A stretch of DNA of 64,000 nucleotides from Bacillota bacterium (GCA_029550965.1 JAKPGJ010000054.1:42181-106180); one strand, 5' to 3'; numbered from the stretch's first letter, positions 37,740 to 47,634 are shown. A program made the numbers and translations. The notes: generated by a model not told the origin, from the sequence alone.

Positions 37740-38954
37740 TTAAGTCCTGTAATCTCCGTTTATTCTAACATACTCGTAGGTCAAATCGCAACCCCACGCG
37801 ACCGCTTTTTCGCTTCCGGCGTTGAGGTTGACCAAAATGGTGATTTCGTCTTTCAAAAGAATCTCTTTCGCAATTTCCTCCGAGAAGTCAACGCCACAGC
37901 CCTGCCTGCAGACCGCGATTTCGCCCGCCGAGGATTTGAACGATACGTCGATCTTCGTCACGTCCACGTCCGCGCCCGAATAGCCGATGGCGCACAGGAT
38001 TCTTCCCCAGTTCGCGTCCGCGCCGAACATCGCGGCCTTCACCAGCGACGAGCAGATAACGCTCTTTGCCACCTGCTTCGCGGTCGCGCGGTCCGAAGCA
38101 CCCAAGACCGCGCATTCGATCAGCTTGGTCGCGCCCTCGCCGTCCTTCGCGATTTTTCTGCAGAGAACCGTCGTTACCATGGACAGCGCTTTCTTAAAAT
38201 CCTCATACGCTTTCCCTTCGGTTTCAATCGGCGTGTTGCCGGCAAGCCCGTTCGCCAGAATGCAGACCATATCGTTCGTCGAAGTGTCCCCGTCGACGCT
38301 GATCATGTTGAAGCTGTCGTCCGTATCCTCTTTCAGCGCTTTGGCAAGCATTCTTGGCGTTATCGCCGCGTCGGTGGTCAAAAACACCAGCATGGTCGCC
38401 ATGTTAGGGTGTATCATGCCCGAACCTTTCGCGATGCCGCCGATGGTGCAGGTCTTTCCGTCGATCGTGAATCGGACCGCGACCTCCTTTTTGACCGTGT
38501 CGGTGGTCATGATTCCTTCGCAGGCGGCGCCGCTTCCGTTGTAGGAAAGGCTTTCGACCAGCGGACCGATGCCGTTTTTAATCGGCTCGATGTTCAGCGG
38601 CTGACCGATGACGCCGGTGGAAGCGACGATGACGTCGGTGGGCAGGATGCCCAGCTTTTCCGCCGTCAGCCTGCACATCTCCCACGCGACTTCCTTTCCG
38701 TTCGCGTTGCAGGTGTTGGCGTTTCCGCTGTTGCAGATAATCGCGTGCGCGTACGGAATCTCAAGGTTTTTCTGCGTCACCAGCAGCGGCGCGCCCTTGA
38801 CAAGATTTTGCGTATATACCGCGGCCGCGGCCGCTTTTTTCTCGCTGTAAATCAGCGCCAAGTCTTTTTTCTCTTTATTTTTACGGATGCCGCAGTGTAT
38901 GCCGCCGGCTTTAAATCCTTTCGGCGCGCATACGCCGCCTTCGGTAAAATTCAT
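37740..38954 (-). CDS. argJ: Bifunctional ornithine acetyltransferase / N-acetylglutamate synthase
   Basis: 404 aa with the autoproteolytic site context (PNMATMLVFLTTDA). Confidence 0.92.
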   Translation of the reverse strand: MNFTEGGVCAPKGFKAGGIHCGIRKNKEKKDLALIYSEKKAAAAAVYTQNLVKGAPLLVTQKNLEIPYAHAIICNSGNANTCNANGKEVAWEMCRLTAEKLGILPTDVIVASTGVIGQPLNIEPIKNGIGPLVESLSYNGSGAACEGIMTTDTVKKEVAVRFTIDGKTCTIGGIAKGSGMIHPNMATMLVFLTTDAAITPRMLAKALKEDTDDSFNMISVDGDTSTNDMVCILANGLAGNTPIETEGKAYEDFKKALSMVTTVLCRKIAKDGEGATKLIECAVLGASDRATAKQVAKSVICSSLVKAAMFGADANWGRILCAIGYSGADVDVTKIDVSFKSSAGEIAVCRQGCGVDFSEEIAKEILLKDEITILVNLNAGSEKAVAWGCDLTYEYVRINGDYRT

Positions 38955-38978
38955 GATGGTAACCCCTCTCTCAAATGT

Positions 38979-39923
38979 TTATAGCGAAAGCCCTGTCGTT
39001 TCTTCAATACCGAGCATGATGTTCATGCACTGCACCGCCGCGCCCGAAGCGCCTTTTCCGAGGTTGTCGAAGCGCGCCGCGACGAGCGCACGCTCATCGT
39101 TGCCGCAGACAATAATCTGCATGCTGTCCTTTCCCGCCAGCTCGTTGGCGTACAAAAAGCCGCTCTCGGTGCCCTTCTCGTGAAACGGCAGGACGGTTAT
39201 CAGTTTTTCGTCTTTGTAATATTCGCAGAAAAATTCGTGCAGTTCCTTTATGCCGCCGAAGCCGTTCAAATACGAAACATACAGCGGCACGCTGACCACC
39301 ATTCCGCTGTAAAAGTCCGCAACAATCGGGTTGAACAGCGGCTTCTGCTTCAGTCCGCAGACGGCGGTCATTTCCTTTAAATGCTTGTGGTTCGCATTTA
39401 AGGCGTACTGTCCGGGCGAATCCAGACCTTTCGGCCTGTTCTCCGCCGAATAGTCGGCAATCATGCTCTTCCCGCCGCCGCTGTACCCGGTTACCGAGTG
39501 CGCCGCAATCGGATAATCCGCAGGCAGTATTCCTTTTTGCACCAGCGGATAAACGAGAACGCAGAACCCGCTCGCGTGACAGCCGGGAACAGCTACTCGT
39601 TTGCCGTTTCGAACCGCTTCCCGGTGCGCCGGCGAAAGCTCCGGCAGTCCGTATCGCCAGCCCGCTTCGGTTCTGTGCGCGGTGGAAGCGTCTATGATTT
39701 TCGTGTGTTCGTTCTCGCAAAGCCGAACCGCTTCTCTCGCCGCGTCGTCCGGCAGACAGAGAAAGGTGATGTCGGAGGAGTTTATCATCTGTCTTCGCGC
39801 GTCCGTGTCCTTCCGCAGATTTTCCGGCAGCGTCAAAAGGCTGATGTCTTTTCTTTCAGCCAGCCTGTCGGCGATGCGCAGTCCGGTCGTGCCGGCCGAA
39901 CCGTCAATAAACACTTTTGTCAA
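38979..39923 (-). CDS. argC: N-acetyl-gamma-glutamyl-phosphate reductase (short type)
   Basis: 314 aa with the catalytic Cys context (VAVPGCHASG). TTG start behind GAGGAGG. Confidence 0.88.
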   Translation of the reverse strand: MTKVFIDGSAGTTGLRIADRLAERKDISLLTLPENLRKDTDARRQMINSSDITFLCLPDDAAREAVRLCENEHTKIIDASTAHRTEAGWRYGLPELSPAHREAVRNGKRVAVPGCHASGFCVLVYPLVQKGILPADYPIAAHSVTGYSGGGKSMIADYSAENRPKGLDSPGQYALNANHKHLKEMTAVCGLKQKPLFNPIVADFYSGMVVSVPLYVSYLNGFGGIKELHEFFCEYYKDEKLITVLPFHEKGTESGFLYANELAGKDSMQIIVCGNDERALVAARFDNLGKGASGAAVQCMNIMLGIEETTGLSL

Positions 39924-39955
39924 ATGATATTCCTCCTCGCTGTAAGTTTGGTATA

Positions 39956-39983
39956 ATTATACACATAAAATATCTATTGTCAA
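39956..39983 (-). promoter_or_regulatory. Promoter of the arg operon
   Basis: The minus strand reads TTGACA - 16 nt - TATAAT. AT-rich sequence lies upstream. Confidence 0.6.
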
Positions 39984-40007
39984 GTATTTATACAAATATT
40001 TATTTAT

Positions 40008-40025
40008 CAATTTATTATTATGCAT
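40008..40025 (-). promoter_or_regulatory. Weak candidate ARG box (ArgR/AhrC operator)
   Basis: The minus strand reads ATGCATAATAATAAATTG. Against the TGAAT-W4-ATTCA type consensus this is an imperfect match (3 mismatches in the two arms). Position is just upstream of the -35. Confidence 0.25.
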
Positions 40026-40045
40026 TTATTTCCGCGTCTGCTCAC

Positions 40046-40085
40046 ACAAAAACAGCGTTCCCCTTTGCGGGCAGTGCTGTTTTTA
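40046..40085 (-). terminator. Terminator after the ABC permease gene, insulating the arg promoter
   Basis: The minus strand reads AACAGC..CCC-gcaaa-GGG..GCTGTT followed by TTTTTG. Confidence 0.6.
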
Positions 40086-40095
40086 TTCAGTGCTT

Positions 40096-42210
40096 CTAAT
40101 ATTCTTTTGCGTCCATCATATTATCCACTATTATCTTGTTTATTATATCTTCATACGTCAGGTTGGAAAGCTTGAAGTACCCGACAAAATGATCGGCTCC
40201 TTCTATATAAATATCATGAGCGCCGTATCGTATTTCAATATAAATATAGGAGTCGTTCGGCCCTATCCGCTCGTCGACCAGATTGTCAAGCAAGAACGGA
40301 ATCGTTTCATCATTCAAATCAATTCTTACCTGTACGAATGTCCCGTTTGGCTGATTCAAAACAATTTCCGCTGTAACATTATACTTTTTATAATCTTCCG
40401 ATTTCAGCAGCGATAGAATCCTTTCTCGATCGGACCTGCCCGTGTTGTAGGTGTACTCGAAAAACTTTTCATAGCTTTTTGGCGTCAAATTCGGTAAAAT
40501 CGGAACGGAAATATAGATTTCATTGTTATTGATAACCGTACGGTAAGAAATATGCGCCGGCGAATGATAGCTTTTCAATTGGCTCAGCCAAACATCGGCA
40601 TCAACGGACGCCAGTTCGTCTTGTATTGCCTTGAATACTTCATACGCGGCTTTGTCGGTATGCTTTTCATTGCTATAACCAAAAGTTATTGTATTCTTGA
40701 CGGGTTCCGGCAAGGTAAGCGCCCGTTTTTGAAATTCCGGATTAGAAATTAAGGAATCAATGATTATTTTAAAGTCAGCAGACGGGAATACGACTTTTCT
40801 GTAATAAGCGCCGCTTTTTGTACGAATTTTCACGCAAGCGCGGATATATTGCGCCGACGCGAAATCATCGTCAACGATGGAACAGCTCTCATAATTTCGG
40901 GCATTGGAATATTTGTAATAAGTGTCGCTTGCGTTTTTGGATCTTGTAGCCTTCAGAGCGTCCACGTTTTCTTTCAGGTTTTTCGCGACAATTTGCTTTA
41001 CGCGTTCATCCGTCAATTTTATATCTGAACTTTGGTATTTATAGTAGTTTTCCAAACTGAACCTTGGCATTTCTTCCAACTGCAGCGAAACGGAAGTTAT
41101 TTCGTCCGCCGTCGGCGTAAAGTTCAGATGCGCTTGATAGATGCCGAGCATTCCGCAATATATCAAACCGTTCAAAACCGCAACAATCCCCAGCGCCGGA
41201 ACCGCTTTTAACAGGTTCTTCCATTTTTTCGTGGTGATTAGCTCATACAGGAAGTAAACAAAAACTGCTATGAAATAACCGAATATGATTAAGAAAACTT
41301 CATCGCTTTCGAAGGTGCTTACGTCAAGAATGAGACATAAAACGATAATGCAAATCATCATGGTTACCGTGATTCTATAAACCGCCTGCATGATGCGGTT
41401 CGGCGAAGATTGCCCGGCGGTTTCGCTTTTTCTTTTTTTGAACAAACAGCACGCCGCGGCTGCATATGCGAGCGAAAGGACTATTGTATAAATAAACGCG
41501 GCGGGGTCAGCCAAAATGTCGTTAAACCAGTTAAATATACCGAGTGATTCGAAAAGCAGATAAGTTAGAAGATTGTATTTCCCTTCCAGCAGAAAGCCGA
41601 TATGCGTATAGGACATCATGGGTAAAAGCAGCGTGATTTCATATGTAATCATGGCGATGATAAATCTCGGCAGAAACATAATCAAAACCGCAACAATGAT
41701 GCCGTTGATGGTTGTTCCCGTAATGGCGCAGGCAATCGCCGTACAAGCCGCGGCGAGGAAGGCTGCGGCAAGGCAGTTGAGCGTATACATAAGCCAGGAT
41801 GAAAACACTACGGTGAAATGTCCGCTGAAAATCGAATGCAATCCGAACGAAACAAGCGAAGTTGCCGCCGCTATGATAAAAAGCCAGGTGAGAACGGAAG
41901 CATAAAAGCTCAAAAAGACGCATTCGCGCGTATAAGGCATCGCGTGGTAAAAATCTGCCGTGTTCCGTTTGTTCAGAAAGCCGAACAGATACAGCGTCAA
42001 GATGAAGGCGACAATACATAATCCGAGTAATACCGGATGCATATCCATGCCGGTAACGATTTCGATCGAATACCCTCTGTCTATGACTTCCGTAAGCGGA
42101 ACCGCAACCGCCGCTATCATAAAAATGACAAAGAAAACGATACCGGGGGTTTTTAACTGTTTTATCCCCTCGCGGTACAAGCCGAAATCGAACAGTTTTC
42201 TGTTTTTCAT
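40096..42210 (-). CDS. ABC-2-type permease-like membrane protein with a large C-terminal non-membrane domain
   Basis: About 704 aa. The first approx 370 aa contain many TM segments and the last approx 330 aa are soluble. ATG at 42210 lies behind GAGGTG (alternative GTG at 42219). The gene is visibly AT-richer than its neighbours. Confidence 0.7.
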   Translation of the reverse strand: MKNRKLFDFGLYREGIKQLKTPGIVFFVIFMIAAVAVPLTEVIDRGYSIEIVTGMDMHPVLLGLCIVAFILTLYLFGFLNKRNTADFYHAMPYTRECVFLSFYASVLTWLFIIAAATSLVSFGLHSIFSGHFTVVFSSWLMYTLNCLAAAFLAAACTAIACAITGTTINGIIVAVLIMFLPRFIIAMITYEITLLLPMMSYTHIGFLLEGKYNLLTYLLFESLGIFNWFNDILADPAAFIYTIVLSLAYAAAACCLFKKRKSETAGQSSPNRIMQAVYRITVTMMICIIVLCLILDVSTFESDEVFLIIFGYFIAVFVYFLYELITTKKWKNLLKAVPALGIVAVLNGLIYCGMLGIYQAHLNFTPTADEITSVSLQLEEMPRFSLENYYKYQSSDIKLTDERVKQIVAKNLKENVDALKATRSKNASDTYYKYSNARNYESCSIVDDDFASAQYIRACVKIRTKSGAYYRKVVFPSADFKIIIDSLISNPEFQKRALTLPEPVKNTITFGYSNEKHTDKAAYEVFKAIQDELASVDADVWLSQLKSYHSPAHISYRTVINNNEIYISVPILPNLTPKSYEKFFEYTYNTGRSDRERILSLLKSEDYKKYNVTAEIVLNQPNGTFVQVRIDLNDETIPFLLDNLVDERIGPNDSYIYIEIRYGAHDIYIEGADHFVGYFKLSNLTYEDIINKIIVDNMMDAKEY

Positions 42211-42222
42211 CTCCGTCACCTC

Positions 42223-43119
42223 TTAGCTCTCAAGACTATACTTGTATCCGAGCGCTTCCATCTCATAGGTGAACACTTCCTCAAGCGTGAGCGGAAGCAC
42301 GTCCAAAACGGCGGGGTTCATCGCTTTCAAGCGCGCTACCGTTTTTTCCTGATCGCCGCGGATAATTATATTCGCGACCATTCCGTGCTTTATAAACTGT
42401 AGAATATTCATTCCTTCAAATTTGGTTTTATCGTATTCCTCGCGAAACGCGACCTGCACCTTGAACAGTCCTGTTTTCAGGTTTTGAACATCGCTCTGCA
42501 AAATTAGTCCGCCTTTGTGCAGCAGCGCAAGCTGGTCGCAGGTGTCCTCCAGTTCGCGCAAGGAGTGCGAGGTTATGACCGCCGTCGCGTTTCGGTCGAG
42601 AATATCCTCGCAGACAATTTTCTTAACAAAGTTGCGCATGACAGGGTCAAGCCCGTCGAAGGTTTCGTCAAAGAGTATGTAATCGGAACGCGCAGAAAGC
42701 GCAAGAATGGTCGCCGCCTGCCGCTTCATGCCTTTTGAGAAGGTATTGATCGGCTTTTTCGGGTCCAAACCGAACAGACTGGTCAGTTCTTTATATCTTT
42801 TGCGGTCAAAACGCTTGTAAACCGCCGCGTACAGGTCCGCCATGCGGTTCATCGAAGCGCCCGGCAGGAAGAACAGCTCGTCAGCAACGAAGGTGATGCG
42901 TTCTTTTACCTTCGGGTTTTCATAAACAGGAGCGCCGTCAACCGTAACATTGCCCTTTTCAGGTTTGTAAACGCCAGCAATCAGCCTTAACAGCGTGGAT
43001 TTTCCCGCTCCGTTTGAACCCACCAGACCGTAAATGCAGCCGTCGTTAATGGTACAGGAAATGTCGTTCAATGCTGTCAAATCGCCGAATTTCTTGGTCA
43101 AATGCTCCGTCTTAATCAT
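42223..43119 (-). CDS. ABC transporter ATP-binding protein
   Basis: Walker A (GSNGAGKST), signature (FSKGMKRQ), Walker B (ILFDETFDGLD). ATG at 43119 overlaps the GntR stop (ATGA). Confidence 0.9.
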   Translation of the reverse strand: MIKTEHLTKKFGDLTALNDISCTINDGCIYGLVGSNGAGKSTLLRLIAGVYKPEKGNVTVDGAPVYENPKVKERITFVADELFFLPGASMNRMADLYAAVYKRFDRKRYKELTSLFGLDPKKPINTFSKGMKRQAATILALSARSDYILFDETFDGLDPVMRNFVKKIVCEDILDRNATAVITSHSLRELEDTCDQLALLHKGGLILQSDVQNLKTGLFKVQVAFREEYDKTKFEGMNILQFIKHGMVANIIIRGDQEKTVARLKAMNPAVLDVLPLTLEEVFTYEMEALGYKYSLES

Positions 43120-43508
43120 TCTCCTGCTTCCCCTTTTCTCAAAATGTTTGCGTATGCTTTTTCTACACATTCCTCAATCTCTTTCTTTTCGATTCCCGCG
43201 AGCGCCAGTTCCTCAATGGTTCGGGTCAGGTCGCTCAGTTTACCGCGCTTGTGTTCGGTTAAAACCGCGGGCGCGTTTTCGCATATAAAACAGCCCTTCC
43301 CGGGCACCGAGCGAATAATGCCGCGCGCGTCCAGCTCCGAATACGCTTTTTGAATCGTATTCGGATTGATCGATAATTCGATCGAAAGACTGCGCACCGA
43401 CGGAATCTGCTCGCCCGGCTTTAAAAGCCCGGTCAGAACAAACCGCTCGATCTGCTCGACAATCTGCTCGTATATCGGTTTGCGCGACAACGCGTCGATA
43501 TGAAACAT
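43116..43508 (-). CDS. GntR family transcriptional regulator (YtrA subfamily)
   Basis: 130 aa with a winged-helix region (GEQIPSVRSLSIELSINPNTIQKAYSELD) and the short C-terminal domain typical of YtrA-like regulators. Confidence 0.88.
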   Translation of the reverse strand: MFHIDALSRKPIYEQIVEQIERFVLTGLLKPGEQIPSVRSLSIELSINPNTIQKAYSELDARGIIRSVPGKGCFICENAPAVLTEHKRGKLSDLTRTIEELALAGIEKKEIEECVEKAYANILRKGEAGE

Positions 43509-43524
43509 ATTCGAACCTCCTATG

Positions 43525-43545
43525 TGTACTATTCCACATAGTACA
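43525..43545. promoter_or_regulatory. Candidate GntR/YtrA operator
   Basis: Perfect 8-bp inverted repeat TGTACTAT-N5-ATAGTACA lying between the -10 box and the RBS of the GntR gene. It fits the GT...AC core of GntR operators. Confidence 0.6.
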
Positions 43546-43550
43546 GCTAT

Positions 43551-43579
43551 ATAATATCATACAATATATTTTTTGTCAA
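43551..43579 (-). promoter_or_regulatory. Promoter of the GntR-ABC operon
   Basis: The minus strand reads TTGACA - 17 nt - TATTAT. Confidence 0.65.
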
Positions 43580-43607
43580 TATGCCGCTTAAAAAAATATT
43601 GGCGTCG

Positions 43608-43636
43608 TTTACAAAACGGCGCTCCTCTGATATAAT
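43608..43636 (+). promoter_or_regulatory. Promoter of the DUF1858/DUF438 pair
   Basis: TTTACA - 17 nt - TATAAT on the plus strand. Confidence 0.6.
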
Positions 43637-43693
43637 AAAATAAGAATACAAATTTTTGCTTTTCGGAAGAATATTTGAAAAGGAGGCAGGCGT

Positions 43694-43921
43694 ATGGGCG
43701 TAGTTATCGATTTATCCAAAAGCGTATATGAACTCTGCAAAGAACATCCCGACATTATCGACATCATGAAGGATTTAGGGTTCGAGAACATCACGAATCC
43801 CGCCATGCTGAACACTGCGGGAAGATTTATGACCATCCCGAAAGGCGCCGCCATGAAGCAAATTCCGATGGAGAAAATCAAAGAAGCGTTTGCGGCCAAG
43901 GACTACGAACTGAAAGAATAG
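43694..43921 (+). CDS. DUF1858 domain protein
   Basis: 75 aa. Sequence and pairing with the downstream DUF438-type gene are typical. RBS AAAGGAGG. Confidence 0.75.
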   Translation: MGVVIDLSKSVYELCKEHPDIIDIMKDLGFENITNPAMLNTAGRFMTIPKGAAMKQIPMEKIKEAFAAKDYELKE

Positions 43922-43932
43922 GGGGAAATCCG

Positions 43933-45147
43933 ATGAGCGAAATGATCAACAACCGCGAATACCGCCAAAAGGTTTTAAAAGAGTTAATCACACAGCTGCA
44001 CCAGGGAAAAAGCGTTGAGGAAGTTAAAAAACAGTTTGAAAAACTCTTCTCCGGCGTTTCGGCAAGCGAGATTGCCGAAATGGAGCAGGCGCTCATTATG
44101 GAGGGCATGCCGGTAGAGCAGATTCAAAAACTGTGCGACGTGCACGCGGCTGTATTTAAAGGCTCGATTGAAGAAATCCATCGTCCGCAAAAGCCCGAAG
44201 AGACTCCCGGTCATCCGGTGCATACCTTCAGGCTGGAAAACAAAGCGATCGAAACGTTCATCAACCAAAACGTAAAACCGCACGCGGAGGAGTTTTTGAC
44301 TTCCGGCTCGGCGGACAGCGTACAGGCGTTGCTTGCGGATATCGAAAAGCTGGAAGAAGTGGACAAGCACTACCTGAGAAAAGAAAACCTGATCTTCCCC
44401 TATATGGAGAAGTACGGCATTACCGCGCCGCCGAAAGTAATGTGGGGCGTTGACGACGAAATCAGAGCCGCAATCAAAGAAGCAAAAGACCTTTTATCCG
44501 GCAGTCTGGAAAGCCGAGAGCAGGCGTATGAAAAGGTCAAAGAAGCGACGGATAAGATTCTTGACATGATTTTCAAAGAAGAAAACATCATGTTCCCGAT
44601 GATACTCGAAACGCTCACCGAAGACGAATGGGCTGCGATTGCGGAAGCGAGCGACGAGTTCGGCTACACGCTCGTTCAGCCGAAAGGCAAATACCGGCCG
44701 AATCAGTCCAGCGCAGGCGCCGAACAGCCGCAGGCGCAAAAGGACGCCGTTCATTTCGACGCCGGCTTCTTAACGCCCGAGGAACTCAACGCCATGCTCA
44801 ACATGCTCCCGTTCGACATTACCTTTGTGGACAAAAACGACGAAGTGAAATACTTCACGCAAGGAAAAGAGCGCATCTTCGCGCGGCCGAAAACGGTTAT
44901 CGGCAGAAAAGTCACCAACTGCCATCCGCCCGCGAGCGTGCATATCGTTGAGCAGATTGTTGCGGACTTTAAGTCGGGCAAAAAGGACCACGAGGATTTT
45001 TGGATCAAAATGGGCGACAAATATGTGCTGATCCGCTATTTCGCCGTGCGGAATGAAAAAGGCGACTACCTCGGCACGATGGAAGTAACGCAGGACATCA
45101 AGCCCATTCAGGCAATCACCGGCGAAAAGCGGCTGGTATCGGAATAA
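43933..45147 (+). CDS. DUF438 / hemerythrin-like / PAS-domain protein
   Basis: 404 aa. The N-terminal DUF438-type region and hemerythrin-like helices are followed by a C-terminal PAS-like region (FVDKNDEVKYF...NCHP). Confidence 0.7.
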   Translation: MSEMINNREYRQKVLKELITQLHQGKSVEEVKKQFEKLFSGVSASEIAEMEQALIMEGMPVEQIQKLCDVHAAVFKGSIEEIHRPQKPEETPGHPVHTFRLENKAIETFINQNVKPHAEEFLTSGSADSVQALLADIEKLEEVDKHYLRKENLIFPYMEKYGITAPPKVMWGVDDEIRAAIKEAKDLLSGSLESREQAYEKVKEATDKILDMIFKEENIMFPMILETLTEDEWAAIAEASDEFGYTLVQPKGKYRPNQSSAGAEQPQAQKDAVHFDAGFLTPEELNAMLNMLPFDITFVDKNDEVKYFTQGKERIFARPKTVIGRKVTNCHPPASVHIVEQIVADFKSGKKDHEDFWIKMGDKYVLIRYFAVRNEKGDYLGTMEVTQDIKPIQAITGEKRLVSE

Positions 45148-45196
45148 AAAAAGCAAAACGATAGAGACTGACCGCTTGAATCAGTTCACTTATATA

Positions 45197-45229
45197 AACC
45201 GGGCAGGAAAAATCCTGCCTGGTTTTTTG
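45197..45229 (+). terminator. Rho-independent terminator
   Basis: Stem aaccgggcagga/tcctgcctggtt followed by a T-run. Confidence 0.75.
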
Positions 45230-45450
45230 TTTTGTGTATCATTATGTGTATCACAGAAAAATAACATAGCATGATTACAGTTTGCATTTTCTATTGTAGA
45301 CTAATTCATATTTTGTGGTCTTCGAGACGCTTGTTGCCGCAAGCAAAATGAAACGGGCAGGAGAAATCCTGCCCGTTTATATTGTGACCGACAGTGTAAC
45401 CTACCGTTAAATATTTACTCATTTTCTCAGCGTTTTTTAGATATACTGCG

Positions 45451-45496
45451 AAAATAAAAACCCCTGAAAACTGCTGAATTATCAGCGTTTTCAGGG
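45451..45496 (-). terminator. Terminator downstream of tRNA-Ala
   Basis: Long stem cccctgaaaactgctga / tcagcgttttcaggg with a T-run on the minus strand. Confidence 0.7.
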
Positions 45497-45505
45497 ATTT
45501 TTTTC

Positions 45506-45581
<76 letters not shown>

Positions 45582-45694
45582 ACGTCCGAGAACGCTCCAA
45601 TTATACCATAAAGTTTTTCAAATGTCTACTGGTGGAGAAGATTTTTTACAAAAGCATATTCTGTTAGTGAATACGCTTTATAAGGATGACAATT

Positions 45695-46192
45695 ATGCCG
45701 AACATAAAACCATACGACCGCAAAAAAGCGGTCGATTACGCGACCGTCTGGGCGTACTTCCGCAACCCGCATTATCTGGATTTTTCGAATCTCGGCGGGG
45801 ACTGCACCAACTTCTGCTCGCAGTGCCTGTACGCCGGCAGCGGCGTCATGAACTACACCCCCGTTTACGGCTGGTACTACATCAGCGCAAACAACCGCAC
45901 CCCTTCGTGGACGGGCGTAAACTATTTGTATAACTTCCTTGTTTCCAATAAAACCAAAGGTCCGTTCGCCACCGAAACCGACGTGACCAAAATGGAGCCG
46001 GGCGACATCATTCAGCTCGGCAACAGCGCGCGCGGGTTCTATCACAGCCTTGTGGTGACGGACATCGAAGGCGCGCCGAGCATCGATACTATCTATATTT
46101 CAACCCATACCGACGACTATTACAACCGTCCGCTATATACGTACCAGTTTGAAAAAATCCGTTTTCTGCATATCGAGGGCGTCTATAAGTAG
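45695..46192 (+). CDS. Putative amidase-domain protein (papain-like Cys hydrolase fold)
   Basis: About 165 aa with the motifs GGDCTNFCSQCL and YHSLVV. ATG at 45695 behind AAGGA. Confidence 0.65.
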   Translation: MPNIKPYDRKKAVDYATVWAYFRNPHYLDFSNLGGDCTNFCSQCLYAGSGVMNYTPVYGWYYISANNRTPSWTGVNYLYNFLVSNKTKGPFATETDVTKMEPGDIIQLGNSARGFYHSLVVTDIEGAPSIDTIYISTHTDDYYNRPLYTYQFEKIRFLHIEGVYK

Positions 46193-46750
46193 TTATTCAA
46201 ACGAAGCCCTGCCGTTGTTGGACATCTTAAAGATAATTTCCGCCATCTCCCTGGCGGATTTTTTCATGCCGTCCTTCATCCATTTCTGAATAATCCCCAC
46301 CGCGCCACAGGCGATGAAGTGATAGATATACTCCGCGTCTGCTTTGTTCAGTTTTTCGTTCTCGATTATCGGGATAAACTGGTTGCCGATGATTTTGATG
46401 ACCTCCTGCTGGAACTTGATGTCCCCGTTGAGGTTGAGAAGCAGGTCGAACACGTCGGCGTTTTTGCTGACATACTCGGTGATTTTCTCAATCATGTCCA
46501 AAGGGACCACTTTTGCGTCCTGAATGTCGTAATCTTTCAGGTAACGGTTGATATCCTCGATGATTTCGTTTTCGATCTGCTGCAAGAGGTCGTACTGGTC
46601 TTTATAATGCGTGTAAAAGGTCGCGCGGTTTACGTCGGCGTCCTCGCAGATTTCCTTGACGGTTATTTTGGAAATCGGCTTCTGCCGCAGGCTCTTGATA
46701 AAGCTCTCTTTAATGACCATTTTGGTGTATTTGACGCGTCGGTCGGACAT
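46193..46750 (-). CDS. TetR/AcrR family transcriptional regulator
   Basis: 185 aa with an N-terminal HTH (ITVKEICEDADVNRATFYTHY). It is divergent from the ABC exporter genes. Confidence 0.88.
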   Translation of the reverse strand: MSDRRVKYTKMVIKESFIKSLRQKPISKITVKEICEDADVNRATFYTHYKDQYDLLQQIENEIIEDINRYLKDYDIQDAKVVPLDMIEKITEYVSKNADVFDLLLNLNGDIKFQQEVIKIIGNQFIPIIENEKLNKADAEYIYHFIACGAVGIIQKWMKDGMKKSAREMAEIIFKMSNNGRASFE

Positions 46751-46932
46751 CCTCCCGCTCCTCTGTTCACAAAAGTTTTAAAATTTTTATCTGCCGTTTT
46801 CTTGACATAAATACCCAAAATGTCGGGCATTCGTCATTTGAAACCAATCTGATTGTTGCGTGCGCATCACAGTGTTACTATAATATACTAAAGTCGATTT
46901 GTCAACACGCTGTTTATTATCTCGGAGGCATT

Positions 46933-47634
46933 ATGGCTTTCATTGAATTTAAAAATACAAAAAAAGAGTATAAAACCGGCGACGTTACCATCACTGCGGT
47001 GGACAGCTGCTCGTTTGCGATAGAGAAAGGCGAGCTGGCGGTCATACTCGGACCGTCCGGCGCCGGAAAAACCACGATTCTCAACCTGCTCGGCGGGATG
47101 GACCGCCCCAACGGCGGAATCATCGAAGTTGACGGCAGAGAGATCAGCGGATATACCAAAAAAGAACTGATTTATTACCGCCGCAGGGATATCGGGTTTG
47201 TCTTTCAGTTCTATAACCTGATCGGCAACCTGACCGCGCTGGAGAATGTCGAGCTTGCCTGCCAGCTGTGCCCGAATTCGCTGGACCCGAAGGAAGTGCT
47301 AAGGCAGGTCGGGCTTTCCGACCGGATGAACAGTTTTCCCGCCCAGCTTTCCGGCGGCGAGCAGCAGCGCGTCGCCATCGCGCGCGCAATCGCCAAGAAC
47401 CCGAAACTGCTGCTGTGCGACGAGCCGACCGGCGCGCTGGACAGCGTGACCGGGCAGAAAATCATAGAGCTTCTGCAAAAAAACTGCAAGGAAATGGGCA
47501 TGACGACCGTTTTGATTACGCACAACTCGGTCATCGCTGAGATTGCGGATAAGGTTATCAAAGTCAAAAACGGCACCGTCAGCGAAATTATTCTCAATCA
47601 AAACCCGAAAAAGGCGGCGGATATCGTATGGTAA
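46933..47634 (+). CDS. ABC transporter ATP-binding protein (MacB/LolD type)
   Basis: Walker A (GPSGAGKTT), signature ([14 protein letters not shown]), Walker B ([12 protein letters not shown]). Confidence 0.92.
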   Translation: MAFIEFKNTKKEYKTGDVTITAVDSCSFAIEKGELAVILGPSGAGKTTILNLLGGMDRPNGGIIEVDGREISGYTKKELIYYRRRDIGFVFQFYNLIGNLTALENVELACQLCPNSLDPKEVLRQVGLSDRMNSFPAQLSGGEQQRVAIARAIAKNPKLLLCDEPTGALDSVTGQKIIELLQKNCKEMGMTTVLITHNSVIAEIADKVIKVKNGTVSEIILNQNPKKAADIVW

